A stretch of DNA of 63,706 nt, filler included, from Octopus bimaculoides (Eukaryota), in assembly GCF_001194135.2 (NCBI RefSeq). It is 6 parts of 5 records of this genome, joined end to end, with 100 filler letters (N's around TTAATTAATTAA, not from the genome) between each part and the next. Parts side by side here need not be neighbours in the genome. Positions count along the whole stretch, not along the records: positions 1 to 10,030 come from NC_068984.1; positions 10,131 to 36,370 come from NC_068985.1; 4 more parts are not named here. One strand, given 5' to 3'. Shown here in pieces: positions 1 through 11,351 of this stretch. The translations under genes and the position numbers were made by a program. The notes under the pieces were generated by a model. That model saw only the letters and a list, made by a program, of their open reading frames with translations, made no database searches and was not told the DNA's origin. Within the stretch, counting starts at the first letter, position 1; every line of letters begins with the position of its first letter.

Positions 1-34
<34 letters not shown>

Positions 35-35
<1 letters not shown>

Positions 36-915
36 AAAAATGCGAGCAAGAGCAATAATGTTCTTAAGATTATAAACATGGAAAATTACAGGACAAGTTA
101 TTACACTTGGAAAAGTTCAAGACTACTTATTACATTTGGTAAAGTACAGAGCAAGAACATTTTTGCTTAAAATATTGAAGGATAACATTTCAAATAAAAT
201 ATTTCGATTTAGAAAATATTAGCTTTTATTAAAACTAAAAATTTTATTACAAGTTATTACTTCTATTTGTTATTACTTGTTACCTCTATTAAAATAACTC
301 AAAATATATTTTGCATTTAAAAAAATTCATTTTTTTATCATTAATTAATAATTAAAAATTTGAAAATAGGTTATAAAAAATAATAATAGTACATAATTAG
401 TTAGTACAATAAATAGAATAATACAAAACTTAGTCATATATTACAGTAAAATCTAAGTATAGCAACAAATTCACAGTAAAATTTGCTTGAGTTATTGCCT
501 AAGTTATTGGCAAGTCTTCACATTTTTAATCTTGACCCAATGCCTACTTTTTACATCATGAATTTGTCTACCATATGTACCATTCTACCTTGCGTAAAAC
601 TTTAGCTATAATGATACTTCTGGCTCCCATTTATACACACTCACACATACACACTCTCATTTTTGAAGTGTGTCAATATTTTAACAAGATGATGGTACCT
701 TTTTTAATTATAATGTTAATTTGTAAATTAAAATCAAATAATTTTTAATATTCAAATTTTATCTTTAGCTGCAATATTTTAAATAAAAAATTTCTTGTTC
801 TGTACTTTACCAGATGTAATAAGTTGTCATGAACTTTTCCAAGCGTAATAACTTGTCCTGTAATTGTTCAGGTTTATAATCTTAAGAATATTATTTCTCT
901 TGCTCGTATCTTCCC
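35..915. mobile_element. Non-autonomous foldback/MITE-like element with ~140-bp terminal inverted repeats
   Basis: 35-175 (gcgagcaagag...ttcttaagattataaac...aattacaggacaagttattac.cttggaaaagttca...ttattacat.tggtaaagtacaga.caaga) is the reverse complement of ~775-915. The left end is eroded by the (TA)n at 1-33. Confidence 0.75.
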
Positions 916-1863
916 ATGTAAACCATGTTTTTTCCAGGCTATACTATTATGCTAATTTATAATGTGTTAAATGTGCCAATTAGCGGTGTCGTTGATAAAT
1001 TTTTCCTTACCTCAATGACGCCGGTGACATATATTAAATGTCCCTTTATAGAACTATATTCATAAAAAAAGTATAGAACTATATTATTACCCTCAAATTT
1101 CAGAAAGAAACATTCATAACTTCTTTAAAAAAAGTCATTGCATGAGATTGATACCATGAAATTCCTCGAATTGAGCTCTATCATTCAAGCTTAATTAAGA
1201 TATAGTTTGTTTTGAAAATAGAAAAGTTAATTATACTTAAATCCAATTTTTTTCCATACTTATAGATTTTTTTTCATTATATTTTTCCTCAACTTTTTTG
1301 CTACAAAGTTTTGTTGCATGATAAAACTATGAAATTCTTCATGCTTTCTTCTATCATTGAAGCTAAGATAAATATATTTTGATTTTAAAATAAGAAAAAG
1401 TTATTTAGATCTAGACTTGATTGGAAGTGTTACTTACTATCCTAAAACGTTGCTACAAATTTTGATGTAAAATTTTTTCTACTGGACCAAATCTCAATTT
1501 TGTACGCTAAAATGTAGCTAGGGATCAGTTCTCTACAAAAATGTTAACAGTTTTCAATTTGGTTAAGAACTGAATTAGCAAAAAGCTCTAAAAGATTCTG
1601 CGTGTGAGTAGATTGCGGCCTTAAGAATATTATTCAACTACTACTATAGTTGAATGATATATATTTGAAAGTCTATGAGGATTACTCAATACAGTTTCTG
1701 AAGTGTAAAGGTGATTTTTTAAAAAACCTTATTTTTAAAAACAAATGTCATTAAATCTTTTATGAGGATGTTACTCACCTTTTTTAGGGAAAAAGGTTGC
1801 TTCTAGTGTGTGACCGCTTTCGTTAAACCTTTTCAAGCACCTGAATCTTAATATTATATATAT

Positions 1864-2345
1864 TGGGTTCAGTCCCACTCCGTGGCACCTTAAGCAAATG
1901 TGTTCTACTATAGTCTCGGGCCGACCAAAGTCTTGTGAGTGGATTTGGTAGAAGGAAACTGAAAGAAGACCGTCGTATATATATATATATATATATATAT
2001 ATATNNNNNNNNNNNNNNNNNNNNNNNNNNNNNNNNNNNNNNNNNNNNNNNNNNNNNNNNNNNNNNNNNNNNNNNNNNNNNNNNNNNNNNNNNNNNNNNN
2101 NNNNNNNNNNNNNNNNNNNNNNNNNNNNNNNNNNNNNNNNNNNNNNNNNNNNNNNNNNNNNNNNNNNNNNNNNNNNNNNNNNNNNNNNNNNNNNNNNNNN
2201 NNNNNNNNNNNNNNNNNNNNNNNNNNNNNNNNNACCGATAGAATAAGTACCAGGCTTACAAAGAATAAGTCCAGGAGTCGATTTCTTTGAATAAAAGGCG
2301 GTGCTCCAACATGGCCACAGTCAAAATTACTGAAACAAGTAAAAG

Positions 2346-2347
<2 letters not shown>
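1864..2347 (+). mobile_element. tRNA-derived SINE family A, 5'-truncated, with internal N-gap
   Basis: Matches the copy at 12127-12662: gggttcagtcccact..gtggcacct...tgt.ttctactatag.ctcgggccgaccaaag.cttgtgagtggatttggtag...gaaactgaaagaag, and the 3' part gatagaataagtac...ggcggtgctcca.catggcc.cagtcaaa...tgaaacaagtaaaaga. Confidence 0.85.
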
Positions 2348-2403
<56 letters not shown>

Positions 2404-3084
2404 ATATTAAGATTCAGGTGAATAAAACACTTAAATGGTAAGGCACCGGGTCGGGTCAAAATGAAAATGCATATACACCAACTACAGACGAATATAGACA
2501 ATGGTATTGAAGTACAGGTAGAAAGATATTCAGTTTATGTTTAAAATTAATTGAACCCAACAGAGTATATTATCAGCCATTGGGGTAATTCAAAAATCCA
2601 CATTGTATCAAATATATGGTCCATAATATACTTCGGTTGCGAAATAAGCTACACAAAATATGTTTTTGAATTACGTGTATTTACTTTATANNNNNNNNNN
2701 NNNNNNNNNNNNNNNNNNNNNNNNNNNNNNNNNNNNNNNNNNNNNNNNNNNNNNNNNNNNNNNNNNNNNNNNNNNNNNNNNNNNNNNNNNNNNNNNNNNN
2801 NNNNNNNNNNNNNNNNNNNNNNNNNNNNNNNNNNNNNNNNNNNNNNNNNNNNNNNNNNNNNNNNNNNNNNNNNNNNNNNNNNNNNNNNNNNNNNNNNNNN
2901 NNNNNNNNNNNNNNNNNNNNNNNNNNNNNNNNNNNNNNNNNNNNNNNNNNNNNNNNNNNNNNNNNNNNNNNNNNNNNNNNNNNNNNNNNNNNNNNNNNNN
3001 NNNNNNNNNNNNNNNNNNNNNNNNNNNNNNNNNNNNNNNNNNNNNNNNNNNNNNNNNGCCTCATTATTAGGAACATTTAAAAAC

Positions 3085-3141
<57 letters not shown>

Positions 3142-3142
3142 C

Positions 3143-3179
<37 letters not shown>

Positions 3180-4016
3180 CATCTGAATATATTATATATA
3201 AATCTGAATGTATATATACATGTATGTTTGTCTGTAGATATATAATATGGAGACTTACGTGTATACCTGTATCGGTGTGTCTGTTACATGTATATCTGTA
3301 TCGCTGTGCATGAAAACATACATAGATATGTGGATCTGTTACATTTATGCATTTATATGTGTATTTATCTGTATGTATGTGTTCGTGGGTGTGAATGTGT
3401 TCGAATCTAATGAGTAAATGTGATAAGGAACAGAGTGTATTTGCGGAACTTCTCATTGTGTCTGTACTAGTATTACTGTTATTTTGTTATTCTGTTTTAA
3501 TATTTATAATCTTTTTATGTGGAATAGTCTTTTTATGTTAAATAAAATGCTTTCTCTCTATTGAAAAGATCCGAATCGTTTGGTCTGTATTCTAATGAGC
3601 ATTAGTTTGAGTCCTGGTGCCTGTTTGTCTATAACGCTGTGATTTCTTTCTGATGTCATTGTGTTTGTAAATCTAATTTGTATTCTCTCTCTCTCTCTCT
3701 CTCTTCCCATTTCTAGTCAGTACCTAAATGATTGACAGCTCTTGAACACACCCACTTCGTTTTATATATATTGGTATCCTTTCTTTAAAACTTCACCAGC
3801 TTTCGCTGGCGTGTGTATCTACGGTTGACTAAGTTTGTGTAACGCCTAATGATACTGAAAATCTATGTAATATGGTATAATCTGTTATGACGGCATTGAA
3901 TAAATTTCTAACGAAACACTTGTTGCGAGACTAAACACCAATCACCTGCTATTTATTACATATATATTTGGATACATGCATACATACATGCATGCATACA
4001 TACATACATACATACA

Positions 4017-4683
4017 TGATGGCCGTCCACTCGTGACCGAGGAAGACCATTGCCGACCTTCAGGTACATTCTGCGCTCTAGTACTAACATTTTGCATTTA
4101 CGGCTCCGTTGGTGGCTAATGAGCCCTGCTCTTGATAAGCATACACGACTGCAAACATTGCAGATTAAGCTTTCCCCATTCACTATACGAGCCGTGCACT
4201 TTCGCGCAGCTTGCTTCAATTCTTCATGCTAGATACGTGCTCTCTCAAAAGTGTTGATCCCCTCCTTAACCTACTTCCTCCATCTGGGACGATGACAGGC
4301 ATTGTTCTCCCAGTCAGCGTCCTGCATATCACAAGCCTTTAATGAGGACTTGACACAGTCCTTAAAGCGCAGCTTTGGTTTCTGCCGGAGTCTCCTTCCA
4401 TTCACAAGTTCTCCATAGAGCATCTGCTTAGGAATCCTGCTATCCTTCATTCTAATAACGTGTCCAGTCCAGCTTAACCGGTGCTTATGCACCATCGCCT
4501 CAATACTCAGGATATCAGCTGTCCTCAGGATCTGTGTGTCTGGAATCCTTGAGGTCCAGCCGACATTGAGAATGTGCCTGAGACATCTCTGATGAAAGCG
4601 TTCAAGTACCCTTACCTGACGTTTGTACAGAGTCCATGTTTCACACGAGTAGAGGAGCGATGTTAGTACACAAGCACGGTAAT
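4017..4683 (-). mobile_element. RTE-clade LINE 3' end (post-RT region, C-terminal Cys/His motif, (ATGT)n tail)
   Basis: ORF 4271-4495 reads RLSWTGHVIRMKDSRIPKQMLYGEL..GRR..QKPKLRFKDCVKSSLKAC..WENNACHRPRWR; 3956-4219 reads CNVCSRVCLSRAGLISHQRS. Both are typical RTE ORF C-terminus. Confidence 0.85.
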
Positions 4684-4704
4684 TAGAGTAAAAGAGAGAA
4701 GAGG

Positions 4705-5380
4705 ACCAGTCACCATTCCTCGCCGTCTAAATGTCCACAAGGTATATGATGTTGTGGTTAGGAAAGAACTTCAGACTCGCTTGTTGAGCATTGAAACTGC
4801 TGCAGCATGCGAGGATTTTCGAGACCACGTTCTACAATGTGCAGCCGAAACCCTGGGATATGTTACTGCCAGACACAGAGACTGGTTTGACGAGAATGAT
4901 GCTGAAGTTTAGCGACTATTGGTGGTAAAGCGCCATGCTCACAGTGTATTGCTACACAGAGAACTGTCTACTGTGCAACGAAGTCTAGCACTTGCCTACT
5001 ATAACAGTGTAAAATCACTACTGCAGCGATCTCTCAGGAAGATGCAGAACACTTGGTGGGAGGATCTTGCTCGTGATGTTCAGGCTGCTGCTGATGCAAA
5101 TGACAGCAAGAAGCTTTACCATCTTATGAAGCGAGCTTATGGTCTCAAGAGCTCCACATCAGCTCCTTTGCTTTCCAAGGAGTCTTCCACCCTGTTTACT
5201 AAATCAACAGAAATCACAAGTCGCTGGATCGAACACTTCTCTGAACTCCTAAACCATGAGTCAGTTGTGGATGAAACAGTGATTGATACTATGCAGCAAA
5301 GACCTATCATTGGCTCCTTAGACTCTTCGCCCTCAATAGATGAAGTAATGACATCAATAAGTAAATTGAATCTTGGTAGG
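4705..5380 (+). mobile_element. RTE-clade LINE internal fragment (endonuclease-RT linker), opposite orientation to the adjacent 3' piece
   Basis: HRDWFDENDAEV upstream, then ORF 4919-5446 LRKMQNTWWEDLARDVQAAAD..DSKKLY...RWIEHFSELLN..PSIDEVMTSISKLNLGR, ending just before the RT domain. Confidence 0.8.
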
Positions 5381-5410
5381 ACATACATACATACATACAT
5401 ACATACATAC

Positions 5411-5522
5411 AAAGACACTTTGTTGTTGATGTTGAAATTCCTATGAAGGAGCCTTGGACCTAGGTTAGAAACTGTTTCTTTCTCTATTTGCAAGAAATCC
5501 TGAAATAAAACTGAATAATGAC
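5411..5522 (+). repeat. ~110-bp interspersed element embedded in (CATA)n
   Basis: Reverse complement of 12763-12870; (CATA)n on both sides; AATAAA at 5504-5509. Confidence 0.75.
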
Positions 5523-5537
5523 ATACATACATACGTA

Positions 5538-5637
<100 letters not shown>

Positions 5638-5934
5638 CGTGGCGTACTTTGGTATCCTTTGGACAAATGCTTTGTTCGTCCATTGGTTGTATGTGTTTAT
5701 TGATTGGACGGTATGCTTTGTTCTGGCCTCTTCATTGGTTGTTCCTTATTTTGTGAACTTGTGTTTGCATTTCTTGTGTTGAAGCTGGAACAGTGTGTTA
5801 TAAATTTTGGCAGTGTATTGTAAATATTGGCAGGGCGTTGCATATTTTGTGTATGTGCGCTTATGTGTAAGTTTTCAATTGAAAGTTTTGAGAAAAATTT
5901 CTTTATGAATGGATTATTTAAAGTAGTAATTGCG

Positions 5935-6152
5935 AGTGGGTACTGAAAAGTTTCTGGCTTTGGGTAAAAGAAAACACAGGAAGACCAGTTTATTATAATT
6001 TTATTTAACATATTCCCCTCTTAGATTGGCACATGCATAGTGGTGCACTTCATTTTATTTCTAAGCCCTGTAAAAGATCTCGGAAGGCTACGCCTCCGAC
6101 CAGGCCTTTCGGAACATCCTTAAAACCAGTATCGCCTCAGTACCCCTCGTAA
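5935..6152 (+). mobile_element. Mariner-type MITE
   Basis: Similar to 55951-56136; degenerate TIRs gggtactgaaaagtttctggcttt / ttaaaaccag...ctcagtacccctcgta ending in TA. Confidence 0.7.
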
Positions 6153-6639
6153 AACCATACCTGTTAGCGTTATCCCTGATAACTGGTATTTTCCGCCACT
6201 GAGTGATTTTGCGGAAAAATGTTTTCTGAGTAAACGACGTGTTATACTTTTATGGAATTGTGCTTCTCTTGTTTCAGAAAAGATATCAGCGCGCGCGCGC
6301 ACGTGTGTATTAGTGTGTGTGTTAGTGTGTGTGTGTGTGCTTCGTAGATTGTTGTCATCTGACATGGTATGTTACCGTTTAAATCTAGGATGGTGTTATT
6401 ATTTTACCAGTGTCATAGGACATAAACATAGTTCGAACTAAAGAGTGTGCATATGTGAGAATGAATTGCTTAAAGTAAAGACATATCCATGAGCTATATC
6501 ACTGATGAATGGTGCTTTTCACAGCTGAGTGTTTTTGGAAACTTTTGTGAGTAAAGAACATGTGTTCTTTATATAGAATTGATTTCTCTTGTTTTGGAAG
6601 AGAAATTTGTGTATGAATATGTTTGTGCCAATTTTTATT

Positions 6640-7318
6640 TCTTTATAATTTTTTCTTTTGCATCTATGAGAGGAGATATTTGTGTGGTCATAAAGCTATA
6701 TCGGCGTCACTAGTGGAACTTTTAAGGATAATTACACTCAACGAAAATTATACTCAACCTCTTGGAGTCAAAAGAAGCGAATTCCAATGCAAAAATAGAA
6801 TGGGAAATTATAGACCGCGCACCATCATATATAATCAACTCTGGTATCTGCCTCCTCTGCACCATGGAGAAATATTACATAATTACACGAAATATACACA
6901 TTCTAAATAAGATAAGTGAGATCATATCACAATACAGACACGTAAATAGATTCATTTTCAAAACTTCTCCGAACCTCAAAGGTGATAAATACAGATCCCA
7001 AAAGCCTACGTCCATATCCACAGATATAAACCTTACGCGCACATGCATGCACACATACCCGTATACATAATAACATAAATACAAAATAACATACATACGC
7101 AAATCCCAAAAGAGAAAAAACATCACTCACCCACTTGATACCTTACATATAATATACTCACACACACACACACACGCACACACACACGCACACACACACA
7201 CGCACACACATACACACACACACACATACTCTCTCTCTCACACACACAAATATTTCCTCAAAACAAGAAAACAAATCTTCCAACGTACACAAAACAAAAT
7301 CCCACTACATCTAAATCA

Positions 7319-7349
<31 letters not shown>

Positions 7350-7746
7350 GCACACACGCACACACACGCACGCACATACACACACACACACACACGCACA
7401 CACACACACACACGTACTACAGACATAATAACGGATGTTTAATCAGCATCAAAAACACAATGCACAAAAACCATTCGACGATAAAGAGACCATTCTTTAA
7501 AGGCATATCCGTCCAATGTAGATACGATCTTGTTTTCTCAGCTAACACGAATTATAGACAGTCATAAACAAGTTCTCATATATACACACATTTATGTTGC
7601 TATTGATATTTTATTTATGAACTATTACCGCTGGCAAAATAACAATGCCATCCTAGTTTTAGATAATAATATACCACTGCCACCTTATTCTTGGAATAGA
7701 TTATCTACAAGACAAAAATCTAAAGAAATACAAACTCTCTCTCTAT

Positions 7747-7822
<76 letters not shown>

Positions 7823-8400
7823 TACACACACACACACTACTCCTCGCACAAATAACTTTCCCAAACAAAAGAAACAAAATTTCATAAAATGAACCGATAT
7901 CTTACTAAATAATCCTAAAAAAATCACTAAACCGTGAAAGTACAGTTTATCAGGGATATAGCTAATACATATGGTCTTAATTACTTTTTAAAATAATCCA
8001 TGCATAAAGAACCTTTCTCAAAATGTTTATTTAAAACCTAGCACACAAGCATACACACACATATATAAAAGGAAAAAGCCGTCTCAACACCAATTGATCA
8101 ATAAATTCTAAATAAACTTATTATATACCAAGCTACCTACAATTTCAAGAAATACAAACACCAAATTACAAAAATAAGATAAACAACCAGCGAAGAGGAG
8201 AGACAAAAAACAATCCAATCAATAAACAGGAAAAGCATACCAATGAAGAAATAGAAGCACCAGTACGGACTTGTAACAGTTCTTGCCTGAAGATCGCAGT
8301 GGTGTGAAACTCAAGTTGCGAGACTAACTCTCAGTTTCAGTTTCATAAAACCATATCTTCTGCAATATGTATGGAACACTCCTATCCCATTCGTCCGACC
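6640..8400 (+). mobile_element. Penelope-like element relic: GIY-YIG endonuclease C-terminus plus microsatellite-rich 3' region ending in a hammerhead-like motif
   Basis: YIGVTSGTFKD, then ORF 6762-7070 IEWEIIDRAPSY...CLLCTMEKYYI...ILNKISEIISQYRHVNRF. This fits the Penelope EN pattern W.I...A..Y....C.LC..EK..I...LNKR.E....CRH. The 3' boundary is approximate. Confidence 0.7.
8278..8325 (+). ncRNA. Type I hammerhead-ribozyme-like motif (degenerate)
   Basis: agttcttgc-CTGAAGA-tcgcagtggtgt-GAAAC-tcaa-GTT-gcgagact. Core boxes are in the right order; stem I is ttcttgc/gcgaga; stem III is minimal. Confidence 0.55.
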
Positions 8401-8789
8401 CAAACCGAAGTACGAATTATATATGTATATGTGCAAATATATAGTTTATGTTATGTATGTATAACTATACACACATACAAACAAATATATCTATACACTA
8501 ACAGGTGTGTGGCATAGAGATATTCAGAGATACACTAGTACTACACACACATACGACACATACATGCATATATGTATGTATGTATGTATGTATGCATGCA
8601 TGTATATTCATATATACACATGCATATATATACCAAGGAGGTCGTATATATGAAATAGAAGCTAAACGTTTCTCAAATGAATTAGCGTGTAGGTGGCCTA
8701 GTATTCCACATACACGTGACCGTTAACGGAATTCTTACGCAGAGTTAGTCTTACATTATATGATAAAACCGAACACTTAAACATCAGAT

Positions 8790-8945
8790 ACAACAGGTTT
8801 CCACACAGTTTCCGTCAATCCAATTTCACCCAAAAGGCTTGGGAAAAGCGAGGTTATGGTACAAAACACGCTCAAGAGGTTAGGCTGTGTGATCGAACCC
8901 AGGATCTTGTAATCGTGAAGTGAGCATTTAAACCAATCGACAACA
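8790..8945 (-). mobile_element. Degenerate tRNA-derived SINE (family A-related)
   Basis: Reverse strand has a B-box-like cctgggttcgatcac, followed by the aagccttttgggtgaaattggattgacggaaactgtgtggaaacctgt body. Confidence 0.55.
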
Positions 8946-9936
8946 GCATCTAACACCCTAGCGTACATGCAAACTTGACACTTTGGTACACAACAACGCA
9001 TACTAAGCGTAGATGTTCAGTCAAGTATTCATAAATACGTGTATTAAACACAATATAGACATGCACACTAATACATACACACACAAAGACACACGCCCCC
9101 CCCCCCCAGACACACATAGACATACGCTGACACACACATGTACACGTTCTCCTCACACGTGCAAGCATGTTCATAGAAATAGTAACAGGCTTAAGCGATA
9201 AGCATTAAAGATGCAAGCAATAACGACACACGCAAAATAGCATTTATACACTTGCACTGAAGGGAAAATTAAACAGTCAATACGTATAGACATCTAGACT
9301 TCGTTTTATATACACACGAGTACACAAACATGCATGCCTCAAAGATTGCATACGCCAAAAACAAATAAAATAAGATAAATCAATGCCACGCATTTACACT
9401 GTTATGGCTAGAATATTTGTGTGTGTGTGTGTGTATAAGAATTACATATACCACATATTCAAAAGCACGTACATACGTACATACACACAGACACACACAC
9501 ATGTATGTGTATAGCGTAGCTCGAAACGTCAAAGACTTTCCGTATTCCCGAGCGTCATACTAATATATACTTTTGTTATTTACACCACCTGTCCTCGTCT
9601 GTTGTTATTATTTGTATATTCTCCCATATATATATATATATATATATATATATTGATAGATAGATAGAGAGATAGAGAGATAGAGAGATAGAGAGATAGA
9701 TACACACACGTATATATATAGTATGAGAGAAAGCTCTACATAGGTTTATTATTATACACACATGCACAAACATACATGAACACTGTCATTTAAGCATCTA
9801 CATGCACTAGTATACATGCACACACACACACACAAAGACACATACACACAAAGACACATACACACAAGCACGTTGATACCAATATGCATAAGTATATTTA
9901 GATACACATATAGATAGGAATATATATATATATATG

Positions 9937-9990
<54 letters not shown>

Positions 9991-10000
9991 TGTGTATGTG

Positions 10001-10030
10001 TGGAGGCGCAGTGGTCCAGTGGTTAGGGGC
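10001..10030 (+). mobile_element. Head of SINE family C cut by a scaffold gap
   Basis: tggaggcgcagtggtccagtggttagggg matches the head at 38390. Confidence 0.6.
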
Positions 10031-10130
10031 NNNNNNNNNNNNNNNNNNNNNNNNNNNNNNNNNNNNNNNNNNNNTTAATTAATTAANNNNNNNNNNNNNN
10101 NNNNNNNNNNNNNNNNNNNNNNNNNNNNNN
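10031..10130. other. Artificial scaffold spacer (44N-TTAATTAATTAA-44N); identical spacers at 36371-36470, 47325-47424, 57461-57560, 62337-62436
   Basis: The exact same 100-bp structure occurs five times; the 12-mer has stops in all six frames. Confidence 0.95.
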
Positions 10131-10228
10131 TTGAAACAGATTTTGTTATATTTCGGGATTGTAATTTTTTTTAAACGCACAAATTATATATTGGTTCTTC
10201 AATCGCGTATTATTGCTCTTATTTTATC

Positions 10229-10246
10229 TTAATAACAATAATAATA

Positions 10247-10314
<68 letters not shown>

Positions 10315-10337
10315 AATAATAATAATAATAATAATAA
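10229..10337. repeat. Compound (AAT)n-(GAT)n-(AAT)n microsatellite
   Basis: Read directly from the sequence. Confidence 0.95.
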
Positions 10338-10690
10338 TGATAATAATAATAATAATGGTATGAGCACAAACTGCATAGAGTGGCGGAGTCGGAGATTTGC
10401 AAAATCTTCTGGGATTTCCCTATCCAAACAGATCAGGTGCACGAGCATAACAGATCGGACAAGATACACCACATGTGCTATATAGTTGATGTCGCATGCT
10501 CCTTTGGCTCAAGAATAGTGAAGAAGGAAGGCGAAACAATAGATAAATACAACCCTCTTAAGTACGAAATAGACCGGGTATGGGAAATGAAGAAGGTGAA
10601 GATAGTGCCAATTATTGTTGGCTCCTTGGGGACAGTATCAGAAGGCATGAAGACGAACATAATGGAAATTGGAATAGAGCGCCCATTATG
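10338..10690 (+). mobile_element. R4/Dong-like non-LTR element, C-terminal restriction-like endonuclease fragment
   Basis: KIFWDFPIQTDQVHEHNRSD...IVDVAC..SRIVKKEGETIDKYNPLKYEIDRVW..KVKIVPIIVGSLGTV (RPD..D..E.K..KY pattern); it begins directly after (AAT)n. Confidence 0.8.
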
Positions 10691-10968
10691 AATATAAATG
10701 AATTTATAATACAATTATATATTTTATTAAAGTAAACTATTATAGTATATTATTATGTTTATATTATGATTTCATTTATATTCAGTACGTATTTTCATGA
10801 AATATATATTGAATATATTGAATATTGAAATGAGCATAATTAAAAGTTTAAATGTCGTCTCATAAATTTCCAATGTTTGAGTTAATATATTTTTATACTG
10901 CGAACGGTTTATTTGACCCTGAATTTCAGTTGGTATGGGCCTTTTCCTATTTCAAGATAAATCATTTA

Positions 10969-11188
10969 AAGGCAGCAAGCTGGCAGAAAGGCTAGCACAC
11001 CGGGCGAAATACTTAGCCGTATTTCGTCTATTTTTACGTTCTTGATTTCAAATTCTGCGAGGTCAACTTTGCCTTTTATCCTTTCGGGGTCGATAAATCA
11101 AGTACCCGTTGCGTACTGGGGTCGATCTTATCGACTGGCTCCCTCCACAGAAAAAAAGTTCGGGCCTTGTGCCTAGAGTAGAAAAGAA
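10969..11188 (+). mobile_element. SINE family B
   Basis: ggcagcaagctggcagaa...tagcacaccgggcgaaat...gaggtcaactttgcctt..atcctttcggggtcgataaa..aagtacc...actggggtcgat, shared with 25712, 36757, 41535, 46550, 48050-48645, 50620 and 54333. Confidence 0.85.
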
Positions 11189-11310
11189 GATAAATTGTCT
11201 GCAGATATATGCGCTCTTAGCCAGCATGAGCAAGGAAGCTGAATGAAGATGCAACGCGTATTTGTTTAAGCTACTTTATCTGATGTATATGCTTGTATTT
11301 ATATATGTAT

Positions 11311-11351
<41 letters not shown>

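Noticed and set aside
1011-1840. Two minus-strand mini-exon candidates (1779-1840 and 1011-1043, GHLIYVTGVIE)
   Set aside because: Phases are incompatible (splicing gives a stop), acceptors lack pyrimidine tracts, and such donors are expected by chance in 63 kb.
9513-9540. gctcgaaacgtcaaagactttc resembles a hammerhead 3' half (GAAAC-GTC)
   Set aside because: No upstream CTGANGA or stem I partner; at most a truncated relic.
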